From: a virus
Reading direction: 5' to 3' (one strand)
IMG/VR virus record: IMGVR_UViG_3300045988_101759
Coordinates: 1 to 39,327 of that record
DNA length: 39,327 nucleotides
Made by a program: the position numbers and the translations under genes
In this document: positions 16,068 through 25,015 of the stretch, one piece after another
How the letters are laid out: the number at the start of each line of letters is the position of its first letter
How positions within the stretch are numbered: the first letter of the stretch is position 1
Notes under the pieces: model-generated
What the model was told of the DNA's origin: nothing
The model's database searches: none
What the model saw: only the letters and a program-made list of their open reading frames with translations

Positions 16068-16648
16068 CGGAACACCCCTATCGAAGAGACGTTCGCGCCG
16101 AAGCGGTTGCGCAGGCTGCGCTTGGTCGCTTCCGGCAGTTTGGTCACGTCGATTTGGGCGGCATCGCCTTGCGCGTATCCGACCTGTGCGTCGTCGACAC
16201 GTTCGTAGCTGACGCCGACGTGGGCGCCGGGGCCTCCGTCCTCGAGCTGGTGGAGTCCGGCTGCGACGTACGAGCAGACCAGTCTGACAATATCGGCGGG
16301 TATCGGATTCCAGCCACCCGTGAAGGTGACGGTCACGACCGACGGGATGCGCCCGAAGGGGCTCCACGGCTCTTCGCGGTAGAGTGCGGATCCGAGGAGC
16401 CGCCAGTCGTCGACGGTCTTGCCGTCGATGAGCACCTTGGAGACGCTTCTGACGGCCTTGCATGGCAGGTCGAGTTTCCTGGACTGTTCTCCGGGGATGT
16501 CGACGGTCCATTCGCCGAGGGTGATCGGACAGCCGGCGGCCGAGCGGACGGCTTCGGAGACCGAGTCGAGCAGACTGGTTGCCGTCTGCTCATCGGTCAC
16601 TTCGATGCCGTTATGTTTCAGGTCGTCCAAGGTGGCCAGTGCGGTCAT
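16064..16648 (-). CDS. Head-tail connector (gp6-like)
   Basis: 194 aa, directly after the capsid gene. Confidence 0.55.
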   Translation of the reverse strand: MTALATLDDLKHNGIEVTDEQTATSLLDSVSEAVRSAAGCPITLGEWTVDIPGEQSRKLDLPCKAVRSVSKVLIDGKTVDDWRLLGSALYREEPWSPFGRIPSVVTVTFTGGWNPIPADIVRLVCSYVAAGLHQLEDGGPGAHVGVSYERVDDAQVGYAQGDAAQIDVTKLPEATKRSLRNRFGANVSSIGVFR

Positions 16649-16673
16649 TTCAGCCTCCGATCATCGGACTCGA

Positions 16674-17618
16674 CTACTTGCCGCTCTTCTTGCCTGCAGC
16701 AGCATCCTCTTCACCGTCGCTGTCTGCGGTGGTACCGCTCACGACAGGGGTCTGCGCATCCTGCAGGGAACGACCGGTGGTGGTGGAGAGGTTCAGGGTA
16801 ATCTTGGTCAGGCACTCGGGGCGGATGACCTTGGCGCCGTACAGGTCGAGGCCGCGCACCATATCGGCGAAGTCGGTCTGCATGCGCATAGCCTCGACGT
16901 TGCTGACCTGCTGTGCGAAGGTCACGGCGGCGTTGGTGCCGGCGAGAATGGACTGCGTGTCCGGGCTGGCGGACTTGTGCGGCACATTGTTGGACTTCAC
17001 GACGGTGAAGCCGCGCACCTGGCCGACCACGCCGTTGAGCAGCGTATTATGGCCCGCTTCTGTGCCTTCGATGAAGCGGGAGTCCTGCAGCAGGAGCGCG
17101 TAGAAGTCTGGGCTGACGACGAGCCAGCGTCCCTCGTCAGGCACGTTCTGCACATCAAGCTTCCGTCCGGCTTCCACGACGGCGAGATACGCGTCGGCGG
17201 GGGTGCCGACGTCCACGGTCTTCGCCGGCGTGCTGACGGCAGTGTCCATGAGATTAGAGATGTAGTTCTCCACGTTCTTCATCATGTTGTAGGCGGCGGA
17301 ATTGGTGAACTTTCCAGTCATGTCCGCCTTGGCCTGAGCCTTGTCGAGGTCGTTGACCTTGAAGGCGAAATAGTCGGACTGATTGATTTCAAGAACGGCT
17401 GCTTCCTTGTCATTGACATCGTCGACGGTGATCGCCTGGCCGCGGACGTACTTGCGCACAGTCACGTCGTCGTATCCGGTGATGTGCACGGTATCGCCGG
17501 CCTCACGGATGTCGCCCTCGTAATCGCGGTTGCACAGGCTCGGGAAGACGAGCTTCGCGCGCAGGGCTTCGAGGATGGCGGCGGACCATACCTCGGGGAT
17601 GAAATTGGTGATTGCCAT
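16674..17618 (-). CDS. Major capsid protein (HK97-fold type)
   Basis: 314 aa. N-terminus MAITNFIPEVWSAAILEAL. It follows the scaffold gene. Confidence 0.88.
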   Translation of the reverse strand: MAITNFIPEVWSAAILEALRAKLVFPSLCNRDYEGDIREAGDTVHITGYDDVTVRKYVRGQAITVDDVNDKEAAVLEINQSDYFAFKVNDLDKAQAKADMTGKFTNSAAYNMMKNVENYISNLMDTAVSTPAKTVDVGTPADAYLAVVEAGRKLDVQNVPDEGRWLVVSPDFYALLLQDSRFIEGTEAGHNTLLNGVVGQVRGFTVVKSNNVPHKSASPDTQSILAGTNAAVTFAQQVSNVEAMRMQTDFADMVRGLDLYGAKVIRPECLTKITLNLSTTTGRSLQDAQTPVVSGTTADSDGEEDAAAGKKSGK

Positions 17619-17632
17619 TGCTGGTGGCCTCC

Positions 17633-18223
17633 TTACTTGCTGCGGCCTGCGAGCAGATCATCCAGACGGCCCTTGCGGCGCGCCTCCTCGATCTGCTTCG
17701 GGGTCATGTTCTTCAGATCGTCCCTGGTAAGCTGTCCCGCCTGATGATCGCCATCGCGGACGCCCGACGGTGGGATGATTCCCGCCAGGCCAGCATTGTT
17801 CCCGCCTTGCGCGAGATACGGGTGTGCCGTGACCAGGGCGTCGATCTTCTCGCCGATCGCCTGCTGGTCGTATCCTCCCTGATCGTCCGCGGTCAGGTCG
17901 GAGAAGTCGATGAGCTTCAATGCGTCGCTTGGATTGATGAGCTTGCCGGTCGCCGCGGCGGTGACGTTCGCCTGGAGCACCTGCTTCTGCAGGCCGGCGA
18001 TGGTAGCCTGCGCGGAGTCGAATTCCTTGCCACGCTGCTCCCAGTCGGCCACCTGCTTCTCAAGGTCGTCCACTCGGTCGGCCTTCTCATAGGCGGCCTT
18101 GAGCTTCGCTTCGAGGTCGGTGTTGACCTTCTTCTGGCCGAGGAACTTGTCGTGCCAGTCGATTGGCGGCTCCTGTGCGCCCGGAGCATTGGTGTTCGGA
18201 TCCTGCTGCTGTCCATCTGACAT
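17633..18223 (-). CDS. Capsid scaffolding protein
   Basis: 196 aa from the ATG MSDGQQQD. Charged coiled-coil composition, located upstream of the capsid gene. Confidence 0.75.
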   Translation of the reverse strand: MSDGQQQDPNTNAPGAQEPPIDWHDKFLGQKKVNTDLEAKLKAAYEKADRVDDLEKQVADWEQRGKEFDSAQATIAGLQKQVLQANVTAAATGKLINPSDALKLIDFSDLTADDQGGYDQQAIGEKIDALVTAHPYLAQGGNNAGLAGIIPPSGVRDGDHQAGQLTRDDLKNMTPKQIEEARRKGRLDDLLAGRSK

Positions 18224-18234
18224 GATGTTTCCTT

Positions 18235-19449
18235 TCATTCGGTGTATATCTCGCCGTTGCTGGCAAGCCAGCGGCGATACGAGTTCTCGGCCTTCGCCAG
18301 CACGTCAGGCGTGACCGGTTTGCCGGGCTGGTAGGGATTGTGGCCGTCCAATGCGGCCTCGTAGCGGAGCCGCGCATTGAGCAGACGCTTCTGCGCCGCG
18401 GTCAGCTCCTCATGCCGTCCCTGGCGGTAGCTGTTGTTGTGGAGCCATTGCCGGCGCCGGAGTTCCGGCACTTGCTCGCGCCATTTGTCGGGCAGGATGT
18501 ATCCCTCGCGCTTCAGAAGTTCGATGGTCTGCTCGCGCGGGAGGTTGAAGCTGTAGATGCCTTCCGGCGTGAGCCTGCGCCGCTGGTGTTGGCCATATTC
18601 GTATTTGCGGATCATGCGGCTCCACCCGTAACGGCTGGTGCCTTCGGACGTGGCCATGCCGATGTTGCCGCGTCCGACCGGCCGCATGCCTCGATGCGCG
18701 TTGACGACCTGGTAGATGTCGGCGCCGTCTCTGATTGCCTGCGCGTCGGCATGTCCGAAGACCTTGTCCTGCTCCTCTTCGCTCATGTTGTTGAAGCGGT
18801 CCATCGGTGATGTGATCCAGCCTTGTTTCTCGGCCTTGTCCTTGCCTTTGCAGGGGATGGTGCGACCGTGGCATTTCGGATGACGAAGGAAGTCGTTGTT
18901 GTGCCGGAAGTATTTTCCGGCGAGGATGGCGCATCGTGGGCAACAGTCGGGTGATTCGACGCGCACGTAGCCGACGCCGGAACGCTGGGTGATGCTGACG
19001 CCCATCGCGCTGATTGACGTGTCCTCGATGGCCTGCATGGCCATCTGGCGAAGCGTAGCACGACCTGCCATCATGGCATCGGATTCACCCATGCCTGACT
19101 TGATGGCCGACAAAGTGCGCGTCACCGGGATATCGAAATATGATTCGAGGTCGATGCCGCTCGGTGCGAAACCCGTCCCGAAGGCGAGGGGATTCGCAAT
19201 ACCGTCAGGGCGCACGTAGTCGCCCTGTTCGGCGAGCATCAACGTGGACGAGTCCATCGCGTCGCTCGCGGCGCGGGTCTGCAGTGTGGCGAAGAGCGTT
19301 AGGAAATCGGCGTTTGTCCGATTCCAGCTGTCACGCACCCGTCGCGGATCCACGCCCTTCCATGTTTTGTCCGCCGCCTTCACGGCCAGCAGGCAGAGTC
19401 GGGCCAGTGTGTTGCGGCTGTCCGACAGGCTCTCCAGCGTCACCGTCAT
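18235..19449 (-). CDS. MuF-like minor capsid / head morphogenesis protein
   Basis: PDCCPRCAILAGKYF...HPKCHGRTIP resembles the Phage_Mu_F motif. ATG at 19449 lies 8 nt after GGAGG. Confidence 0.8.
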   Translation of the reverse strand: MTVTLESLSDSRNTLARLCLLAVKAADKTWKGVDPRRVRDSWNRTNADFLTLFATLQTRAASDAMDSSTLMLAEQGDYVRPDGIANPLAFGTGFAPSGIDLESYFDIPVTRTLSAIKSGMGESDAMMAGRATLRQMAMQAIEDTSISAMGVSITQRSGVGYVRVESPDCCPRCAILAGKYFRHNNDFLRHPKCHGRTIPCKGKDKAEKQGWITSPMDRFNNMSEEEQDKVFGHADAQAIRDGADIYQVVNAHRGMRPVGRGNIGMATSEGTSRYGWSRMIRKYEYGQHQRRRLTPEGIYSFNLPREQTIELLKREGYILPDKWREQVPELRRRQWLHNNSYRQGRHEELTAAQKRLLNARLRYEAALDGHNPYQPGKPVTPDVLAKAENSYRRWLASNGEIYTE

Positions 19450-20851
19450 CAGATGCACCTCCGACCTGCAGGCTGCGGGCTATCTCCGCCATCTCCGGAT
19501 CGTGATTCTCGTCGTCCACCATGCGCATGATGCGCTTGATGTCCTCCGGACTCTGACCCATCTGCTCGGCGATCCACTGCAATGGATAGCCGAGCTTCTT
19601 GTATTTGAGCATCGCGTCGGCCATCAAGGCCTCGGACCGGTATTGCGGTGTGGCGAACACGACTTTTGAATCCTCGAGGATGCGGGCGGATTCCTCGTCG
19701 TCCTCGAGCGTCATGGCCATCTCGCACAATTCGCGCACCGGCTGACGCATGAAGCTGATACGCTCCAAGGTCTTCGACACGAGTCCGGCTTCCGCGACCT
19801 CGTAGCCGGTGGCCGGCACCTCGGCGTTCGTCAGCAGATAATGGCCAGGAGTGCGGGTCTCTGCCGCGATGTGCTCGACGGCTTTTTGGATGATCGGCAG
19901 GAACGCCTGCAGGTTGCTGGCGGTCCATTCGCCGATCGACACGTTGTCGCCGGTGATCTGCATGATGCGCTCCATGACCTGCTTGTCGAGATTCACGGGA
20001 CGCTCTCCGACCTGCTCGCCGGTTGCCTTGTCGAACACCGGCTCGGACAGCGAATCGCCGCCGAGAATGACCCTGGCGGGCATGGACGCGAAATCCAAAG
20101 CATTCAAGGTGTATGCCCAGCAGACGTTGACGGCGTCCTGCATCGATTCGACCTGCTCCACATCGCTGATAGGCAGGTCATCCAGGAGCATCTGATTGCG
20201 GAATTCGACCAATGGCACGCGTCCGAGCGGGTTCGCGCGCGCCGAATCCGGAACGAACCGCCAACCCTCAACGCCCGGTGGAAGACGATTCCTCTCATCG
20301 TCGCCGCCTGCACGCACACGAACCACGTCGAACACCATGTCCGGCAGCAGCAAAGTGCCGAATTCATGCTCCTCGTCGTATCTGACCAGGAGTCCTGCGT
20401 CGACCTCTCCGGTGAGCGGGTCGTAGTGTACGGCCGCGCTGTCCGGGTGTTCGAAGCTGATGCGCGCTCTGCCGTCCGGCATCGACGTGACCAAGCCGAA
20501 AGCGCGTCCGGTCGTGGTCATCATCAGCGCGCTCTCCTGCAGCTTGCGGTCGCAGTCGTTCCGTTCCCACACGCGCATCACATGCGAGTCCAATTCGTGA
20601 TCGTCATATGGGATGAAGCCCTTGAAGTGGATGCGTTCGACAGGCGCCTGCGCCACAGGCAGACACCAGTTGTCGGCGAAGCCGGAAAACCTATCCGCCA
20701 TGTAGCGTTTGAATTCGTCGGATGCGAATTTCAGGGTGCCGCGCTTGCCGCGCACGTAATCCGTGTGCTTCCTGATGTCCGGCCGACGGTTCTCGATCTT
20801 CAGGGCGAGCAGGTTCGCCATGCAATTCACGTCATCGGCGGTACGAATCAT
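19331..20851 (-). CDS. Portal protein
   Basis: 506 aa, immediately after the terminase gene. The last 119 nt overlap the MuF gene out of frame. Confidence 0.88.
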   Translation of the reverse strand: MIRTADDVNCMANLLALKIENRRPDIRKHTDYVRGKRGTLKFASDEFKRYMADRFSGFADNWCLPVAQAPVERIHFKGFIPYDDHELDSHVMRVWERNDCDRKLQESALMMTTTGRAFGLVTSMPDGRARISFEHPDSAAVHYDPLTGEVDAGLLVRYDEEHEFGTLLLPDMVFDVVRVRAGGDDERNRLPPGVEGWRFVPDSARANPLGRVPLVEFRNQMLLDDLPISDVEQVESMQDAVNVCWAYTLNALDFASMPARVILGGDSLSEPVFDKATGEQVGERPVNLDKQVMERIMQITGDNVSIGEWTASNLQAFLPIIQKAVEHIAAETRTPGHYLLTNAEVPATGYEVAEAGLVSKTLERISFMRQPVRELCEMAMTLEDDEESARILEDSKVVFATPQYRSEALMADAMLKYKKLGYPLQWIAEQMGQSPEDIKRIMRMVDDENHDPEMAEIARSLQVGGASDDGDAGEPVGQPQHTGPTLPAGREGGGQNMEGRGSATGA

Positions 20852-21504
20852 TAGAACCCCCTAGTGGTAGAACCAGTCAGCAGGTACGCCTTGCGTTTCC
20901 TGCCCCAACCGGCGGCGCGTGCATCACATGCCGCCTCATGCGCCAGCACGCACGTCACCGCCGCATCGATTTTCCGCGTCTGCTTCGGCTTGCCCAACCC
21001 GTAGCGTTCGCCGGATTTGGCGAAGCGTCTTGCGTTGCGCATGTGCGTGATGGTGATCGGACACCCGTCCTGTGTGATCGCGTGATGCTGCAGGTCGGAT
21101 TCGAAGCGTTTCAATGCCTCCCATACGGCGGTGATGCGGCTCGAACCGCTCATCGCCCAGGGAATGAACTTCTTCGGGCCGTATCTCGTGTCCCACGCCT
21201 CGATCTGCGATTCCCACGACACCTCGTCGCGGAAACCCGGATCGCAATAGGCGCGGATTATCCGGTATCGGTCGTTGAGCTCGTCCATGGCGGCATTGAC
21301 CTCGCTGCGCGGGATGCGTCCGCCCCACGTCTTCGGATTCCAGATCGTCGGACGACGATCCGCGCCATAGCGCGGAGTGAAGATGAAGCCCTCACGGGTT
21401 TCCGCCTTGATGCATGTCCAGTCGTCGTTCTCGGAGCCGTCGAAGCCGAGGCACACCTCTGTGCCTTTCGGCGGGTTCTCAAGCCAAAGCTCATGCTCGG
21501 ACAT
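20851..21504 (-). CDS. terL: Terminase large subunit, C-terminal nuclease piece
   Basis: 217 aa. Acidic motifs of the RNaseH-like nuclease fold: CLGFDGSENDDW, AYCDPGF, KIDAAVTCVLAHEAA. It has its own ATG 1 nt after the upstream stop. Confidence 0.85.
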   Translation of the reverse strand: MSEHELWLENPPKGTEVCLGFDGSENDDWTCIKAETREGFIFTPRYGADRRPTIWNPKTWGGRIPRSEVNAAMDELNDRYRIIRAYCDPGFRDEVSWESQIEAWDTRYGPKKFIPWAMSGSSRITAVWEALKRFESDLQHHAITQDGCPITITHMRNARRFAKSGERYGLGKPKQTRKIDAAVTCVLAHEAACDARAAGWGRKRKAYLLTGSTTRGF

Positions 21505-21505
21505 G

Positions 21506-21961
21506 CTAGTATCCCATGTTCCTCAAGACCGATTTCGACAAACTCTTCTGCGAGCGCTGGTAGTTCTGGTTTGTGATCTCCCTTGTCGTCGCTTCGCCGA
21601 AGGAATTGACGAATGCGCGGCTTGTGCCGCTTGATTTTGGTTGGCGTCGGATCTGTTCGTCGGAGATTCTGTCGCGCTGTGCTCTGGCGGTGTGGAATGC
21701 CTTGGAAGCCGCTTGGTATTTGTCGTAGTTCGCCTTGGTTGCCTCCGGGAACACGCTTTCCGGCATGCGCTGGTTGTATTGCGTGGCTCCGTGCGCGGTT
21801 CTCTGCATGATTTCCGATGCGGCGTCCATGCGGCTTCCCGCATCGCGCATCATCTTGGTGAGATCCGAGTCGCTTACGGATGAGAGGTCGGTGGCAGAGC
21901 CTCCCCCTCCGCCGCCATGTCCGCCACGGCCTGCGCCCGAGCTTGATCCTCTTCCGCCCAT
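21506..21961 (-). CDS. 151-aa protein with Gly-rich N-terminus, unknown (inside the terL insertion)
   Basis: ATG after GAAAGGA. N-terminus MGGRGSSSGAGRGGHGGGGGGS. It overlaps the 3' end of the upstream gene by 88 nt. Confidence 0.55.
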   Translation of the reverse strand: MGGRGSSSGAGRGGHGGGGGGSATDLSSVSDSDLTKMMRDAGSRMDAASEIMQRTAHGATQYNQRMPESVFPEATKANYDKYQAASKAFHTARAQRDRISDEQIRRQPKSSGTSRAFVNSFGEATTREITNQNYQRSQKSLSKSVLRNMGY

Positions 21962-22575
21962 TTTTTCATCCTTTCCACATTGCTGTTTTCGTATGCGACG
22001 ACTTCGGCGCCACCGAAGTCGAAAAACGGAATGGCATCTCCGTAGAGGAGAATCTTTTCCGGTTCAAGCCTGTCGATCGCGTACCGCATGCCGAGCCGCC
22101 AATAGAGCTCTGCCGTCGGATTGTCATTCGCTCCGACAGTGCTTACCGCGACGGTGGAGTTGTTTGGAATGCCTGAAAAGCAGTAAGAGAACGATTCTGG
22201 GCCAGCCCATTGAAGCGTTGGGATGACTTTCAGCCCGCAGGACTGCCAGTATGCTCCGATCAGACGGCTTCGGAAGACGTTATAGATCTTCATCGCTTCC
22301 GGCATGTCCATGTATGTGCTGAAATCAGGCGTCAGCACACACTGGAAGCGTTTGAGCGGTGCGATGTATCTGTCCGGCTGGTTCCAGACTCTCTGGAACT
22401 GGTAGTCATCGATGAAGAAATGGATTCCGCAATGCTTGACTGTCTTTTTGCCGGTCGCGTAATTGAAGCCCATCAACGTGTCAGGGGTGGTGACGTCCTG
22501 TTTTGCAAGCATTGGCATGTCGTATCTGCCAACCGTCCGCACCTTTTGCAGCAGCGGAAGATTGTATTGCCTCAT
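21874..22575 (-). CDS. DUF4417-like protein (inside the terL insertion)
   Basis: IHFFIDDYQFQRVWNQPDRY...LTPDFSTYMDMP...AYWQSCGLKVIPT...AVSTVG matches the DUF4417 pattern as I remember it. The start could instead be at 22584 or 22617. Confidence 0.65.
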   Translation of the reverse strand: MRQYNLPLLQKVRTVGRYDMPMLAKQDVTTPDTLMGFNYATGKKTVKHCGIHFFIDDYQFQRVWNQPDRYIAPLKRFQCVLTPDFSTYMDMPEAMKIYNVFRSRLIGAYWQSCGLKVIPTLQWAGPESFSYCFSGIPNNSTVAVSTVGANDNPTAELYWRLGMRYAIDRLEPEKILLYGDAIPFFDFGGAEVVAYENSNVERMKKWAEEDQARAQAVADMAAEGEALPPTSHP

Positions 22576-22603
22576 CGTCCGCATCCTTGATTTGTTGAGT
22601 GGT

Positions 22604-23722
22604 CTATTGTCCCGCATAGCAGCTCTCCCATAGTCCGTCCTCGAGCCATGCGCCGCCGCCCTGCACCATTCGGTTGCCGAAGAAGCGTTCGGCCTGAGCG
22701 GGGTCCTTATCCATGAGCGCCTCGGCCTCCGCCTCGACGGAGTCCAAAGGCACCCACGGGCTGCCGGCGTAGACCCATTCGAGGATCCTGCGGCGTTCGC
22801 GCCGGTTGTTGAAGCTGTATGGCGTGCCGTCCTTGTGCCGCAGGTCCGGGTTAAGGTCCGGGTTGCGGTAGAAGATCCACACGTCCGATGCCGATGTCTC
22901 GAATTGCTGCTGTGCATAGGAATTTTCGCCGGGGTCGTAGGCGTTGGTCCAGAAGTGCGTTCTGCCGCCCATGCCTGCGGCGCCACGACGCTGCGTATCC
23001 GCCACGTCGAGCATCCCATTGGATTTCGTGTATAAACCGGCCTCGTCCTGTTCGGCGTCCGAGATCGGGTTGCCCAGACGGCTGGTGGCCGAGGCGGTCA
23101 CCACGTCGATGCGGTCGAGGTCGAGATCGTCATCATCCAGATTGATTCCGGGGCGCAGGATTCGGATGAAGCCCTCGCGCACCTTGAGCAGCTGCTTCAA
23201 GGGGCCGAGCCGGATCATCGCGACCAGTGGACGGTAGGCGTTGCGCACCTGGTCCTCGGAATTCGCGGTCAGCTGGATGAGCGGCGACGGGTGACGCATG
23301 CCCTTCGGCTCGCCCGGATTGTAGTGGTAGACCCATCCGCAGGGGCAGCCGTTGTCGGAGCAGCGGTACACGTCACCGGGCTTCGCCCATCCGGCGAACA
23401 CGACTGGGCCGCATGCCTCGAGTATGGCGCATGACGCCTCGGTCGGCCCCTTGCCTGTCTTCTGCGGGGCGATGCAGCCCGTCAGACGATATTGGAAAGC
23501 CTGGTTGAGGACCAGCGGATTATCGACCGTGACCTCCTCGGGCGGGACGAACTCCGCGTCCTCGCGCACACGCCACCTGTGCGCCGCATACCAGAACTGC
23601 CAGTCCGACCAGCAGAAGGGCTTGCCGCGAAGGATGCCGTCGGGCTGGCGCACATGCCGCCGCACCCAGGCGTCCTGCAGGTCGGCGAGGGTCGGGAAGT
23701 CGATGATCCAATCGTCGGCCAT
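22604..23722 (-). CDS. terL: Terminase large subunit, N-terminal ATPase piece
   Basis: 372 aa. Walker-A-like APQKTGKG and a Walker-B-like acidic DEAG motif. It ends in AWLEDGLWESCYAGQ-stop, exactly at the usual ATPase/nuclease linker. Confidence 0.85.
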   Translation of the reverse strand: MADDWIIDFPTLADLQDAWVRRHVRQPDGILRGKPFCWSDWQFWYAAHRWRVREDAEFVPPEEVTVDNPLVLNQAFQYRLTGCIAPQKTGKGPTEASCAILEACGPVVFAGWAKPGDVYRCSDNGCPCGWVYHYNPGEPKGMRHPSPLIQLTANSEDQVRNAYRPLVAMIRLGPLKQLLKVREGFIRILRPGINLDDDDLDLDRIDVVTASATSRLGNPISDAEQDEAGLYTKSNGMLDVADTQRRGAAGMGGRTHFWTNAYDPGENSYAQQQFETSASDVWIFYRNPDLNPDLRHKDGTPYSFNNRRERRRILEWVYAGSPWVPLDSVEAEAEALMDKDPAQAERFFGNRMVQGGGAWLEDGLWESCYAGQ

Positions 23723-23723
23723 G

Positions 23724-24275
23724 TCACGCCCTCAACCGGCGTGGGAACTGGACGATCTTGGTGTCCATGCCGCTCTCCGCGGCCTCCGCGTCCGTGGCGG
23801 GCACCTCGTGGGCGGCCATGTCGACGTTGTCCTCGGAGATCTTCCAGCCGAGCGCCTGTAATCCAGCCTCGGACAGGCCTATCCGGTCCTCGAGCCTGAT
23901 CTTCACGGCCACGTCGGCCGCCTTGGCCGACGGGCTCTCGCACACCACGCATTCGCGGACATACGAGGCGATCTGGTAATGCAGATACTTCAGCTGTGGC
24001 TGTTTCCACGCGCGCGCCTGCGGCAGACGCCACAACTGCCTCCACAGTTCGGCCTCCCGGGCATTCCAGGATTCCGACCCGGCCCTGTCCTCGATCCATT
24101 CCTGCGATTCCTTGTCGAAATCGCGGATCACGTAAGGCGGCAGCGGAAACTTCGGCGGCCGGCCCTTGTATTCCGTGTTCGGCAGACTGCGCAAAGTGTA
24201 TCCCCTGCGTTCGCTCGCACCGCTCGACGGATCCGGCATCGGACCGGATCTGACGCGTTTTCCTCCTCTTGGCAT
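23724..24275 (-). CDS. terS: Terminase small subunit
   Basis: 183 aa from the ATG MPRGGKRVRSGP after GGAGGAGAC. It lies directly upstream of terL. Confidence 0.65.
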   Translation of the reverse strand: MPRGGKRVRSGPMPDPSSGASERRGYTLRSLPNTEYKGRPPKFPLPPYVIRDFDKESQEWIEDRAGSESWNAREAELWRQLWRLPQARAWKQPQLKYLHYQIASYVRECVVCESPSAKAADVAVKIRLEDRIGLSEAGLQALGWKISEDNVDMAAHEVPATDAEAAESGMDTKIVQFPRRLRA

Positions 24276-24619
24276 GTCTCCTCCATCGTCGGACGGCCTC
24301 GCGCCGTTCCTTCGCTGTCGGCGGCCGGGCCTTTCGCCCGCCCCCCTCTGAAACTTTTGAACCCTCCGCACCTCGGAGACAGCTCTCCGGCGGTTCCGCT
24401 ACCCAAACTGTTAGGGGGTATCCCCGTGGGTGTTTTGACGGTTTGCTTCCGTTTGTTTTGCAACGGTTTTTGTTTGACTCGCTTGTTGCTGCGATGAGTC
24501 GCGAATCGAATCGAGAAGACTTGGTCGTTTTCGTCTTTCGTGTCGTTCGACGTGAGCGGCTGGCGTCGTCGGCTTGGCTTCGATGAAATGTTTTGTTTTG
24601 GTGCCGAAGCCTGTGTGTG
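24276..24619 (-). other. Non-coding gap between HNH and terS: candidate cos/packaging site
   Basis: 344 bp with no plausible ORF. It contains repeated ACGGTTT(G/T) motifs and GC-rich blocks. HNH-cos-terS is a typical arrangement. Confidence 0.45.
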
Positions 24620-25015
24620 TCAGCTGAGGTTTTGCCTGTTGTTGAAGCCTGAAGGTTTCGTCCTTGCGGTCTTGCTGTCGTGGCAGCGCTTGCACAGGCC
24701 GCGCATGCGTTGCGGGTCGTTGGGGTCCAAGCCTGCTTCGACGAGCTCGATGCGTTCGATCGGCCAATGGTCGGCTATGGTGCTGGGGGCACCGCATAGG
24801 CCATGGTGCCTTCCGCATCCGTCCGGCCCGTCGCCGGGACAGACGCACCGCGGGTCCCTTGCCAGCACGCGGGCGCGTGCGAGGCGATGCGCTTTCGACG
24901 TGTATGGATTGCGGCCTCGTGTCCGGCGCTTGTCTTTGGCTTTCCTACATTCGTCGCACAGTGAGCCGGAGGAGACCAGGTGTGGGCAACCGGAGGTGGA
25001 GCATACCTTGTACAT
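24620..25015 (-). CDS. HNH endonuclease (terminase-associated)
   Basis: Cys clusters CSTSGCPH...CDEC and DHWPIERIE...LCKRCHDSKT. Confidence 0.85.
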   Translation of the reverse strand: MYKVCSTSGCPHLVSSGSLCDECRKAKDKRRTRGRNPYTSKAHRLARARVLARDPRCVCPGDGPDGCGRHHGLCGAPSTIADHWPIERIELVEAGLDPNDPQRMRGLCKRCHDSKTARTKPSGFNNRQNLS

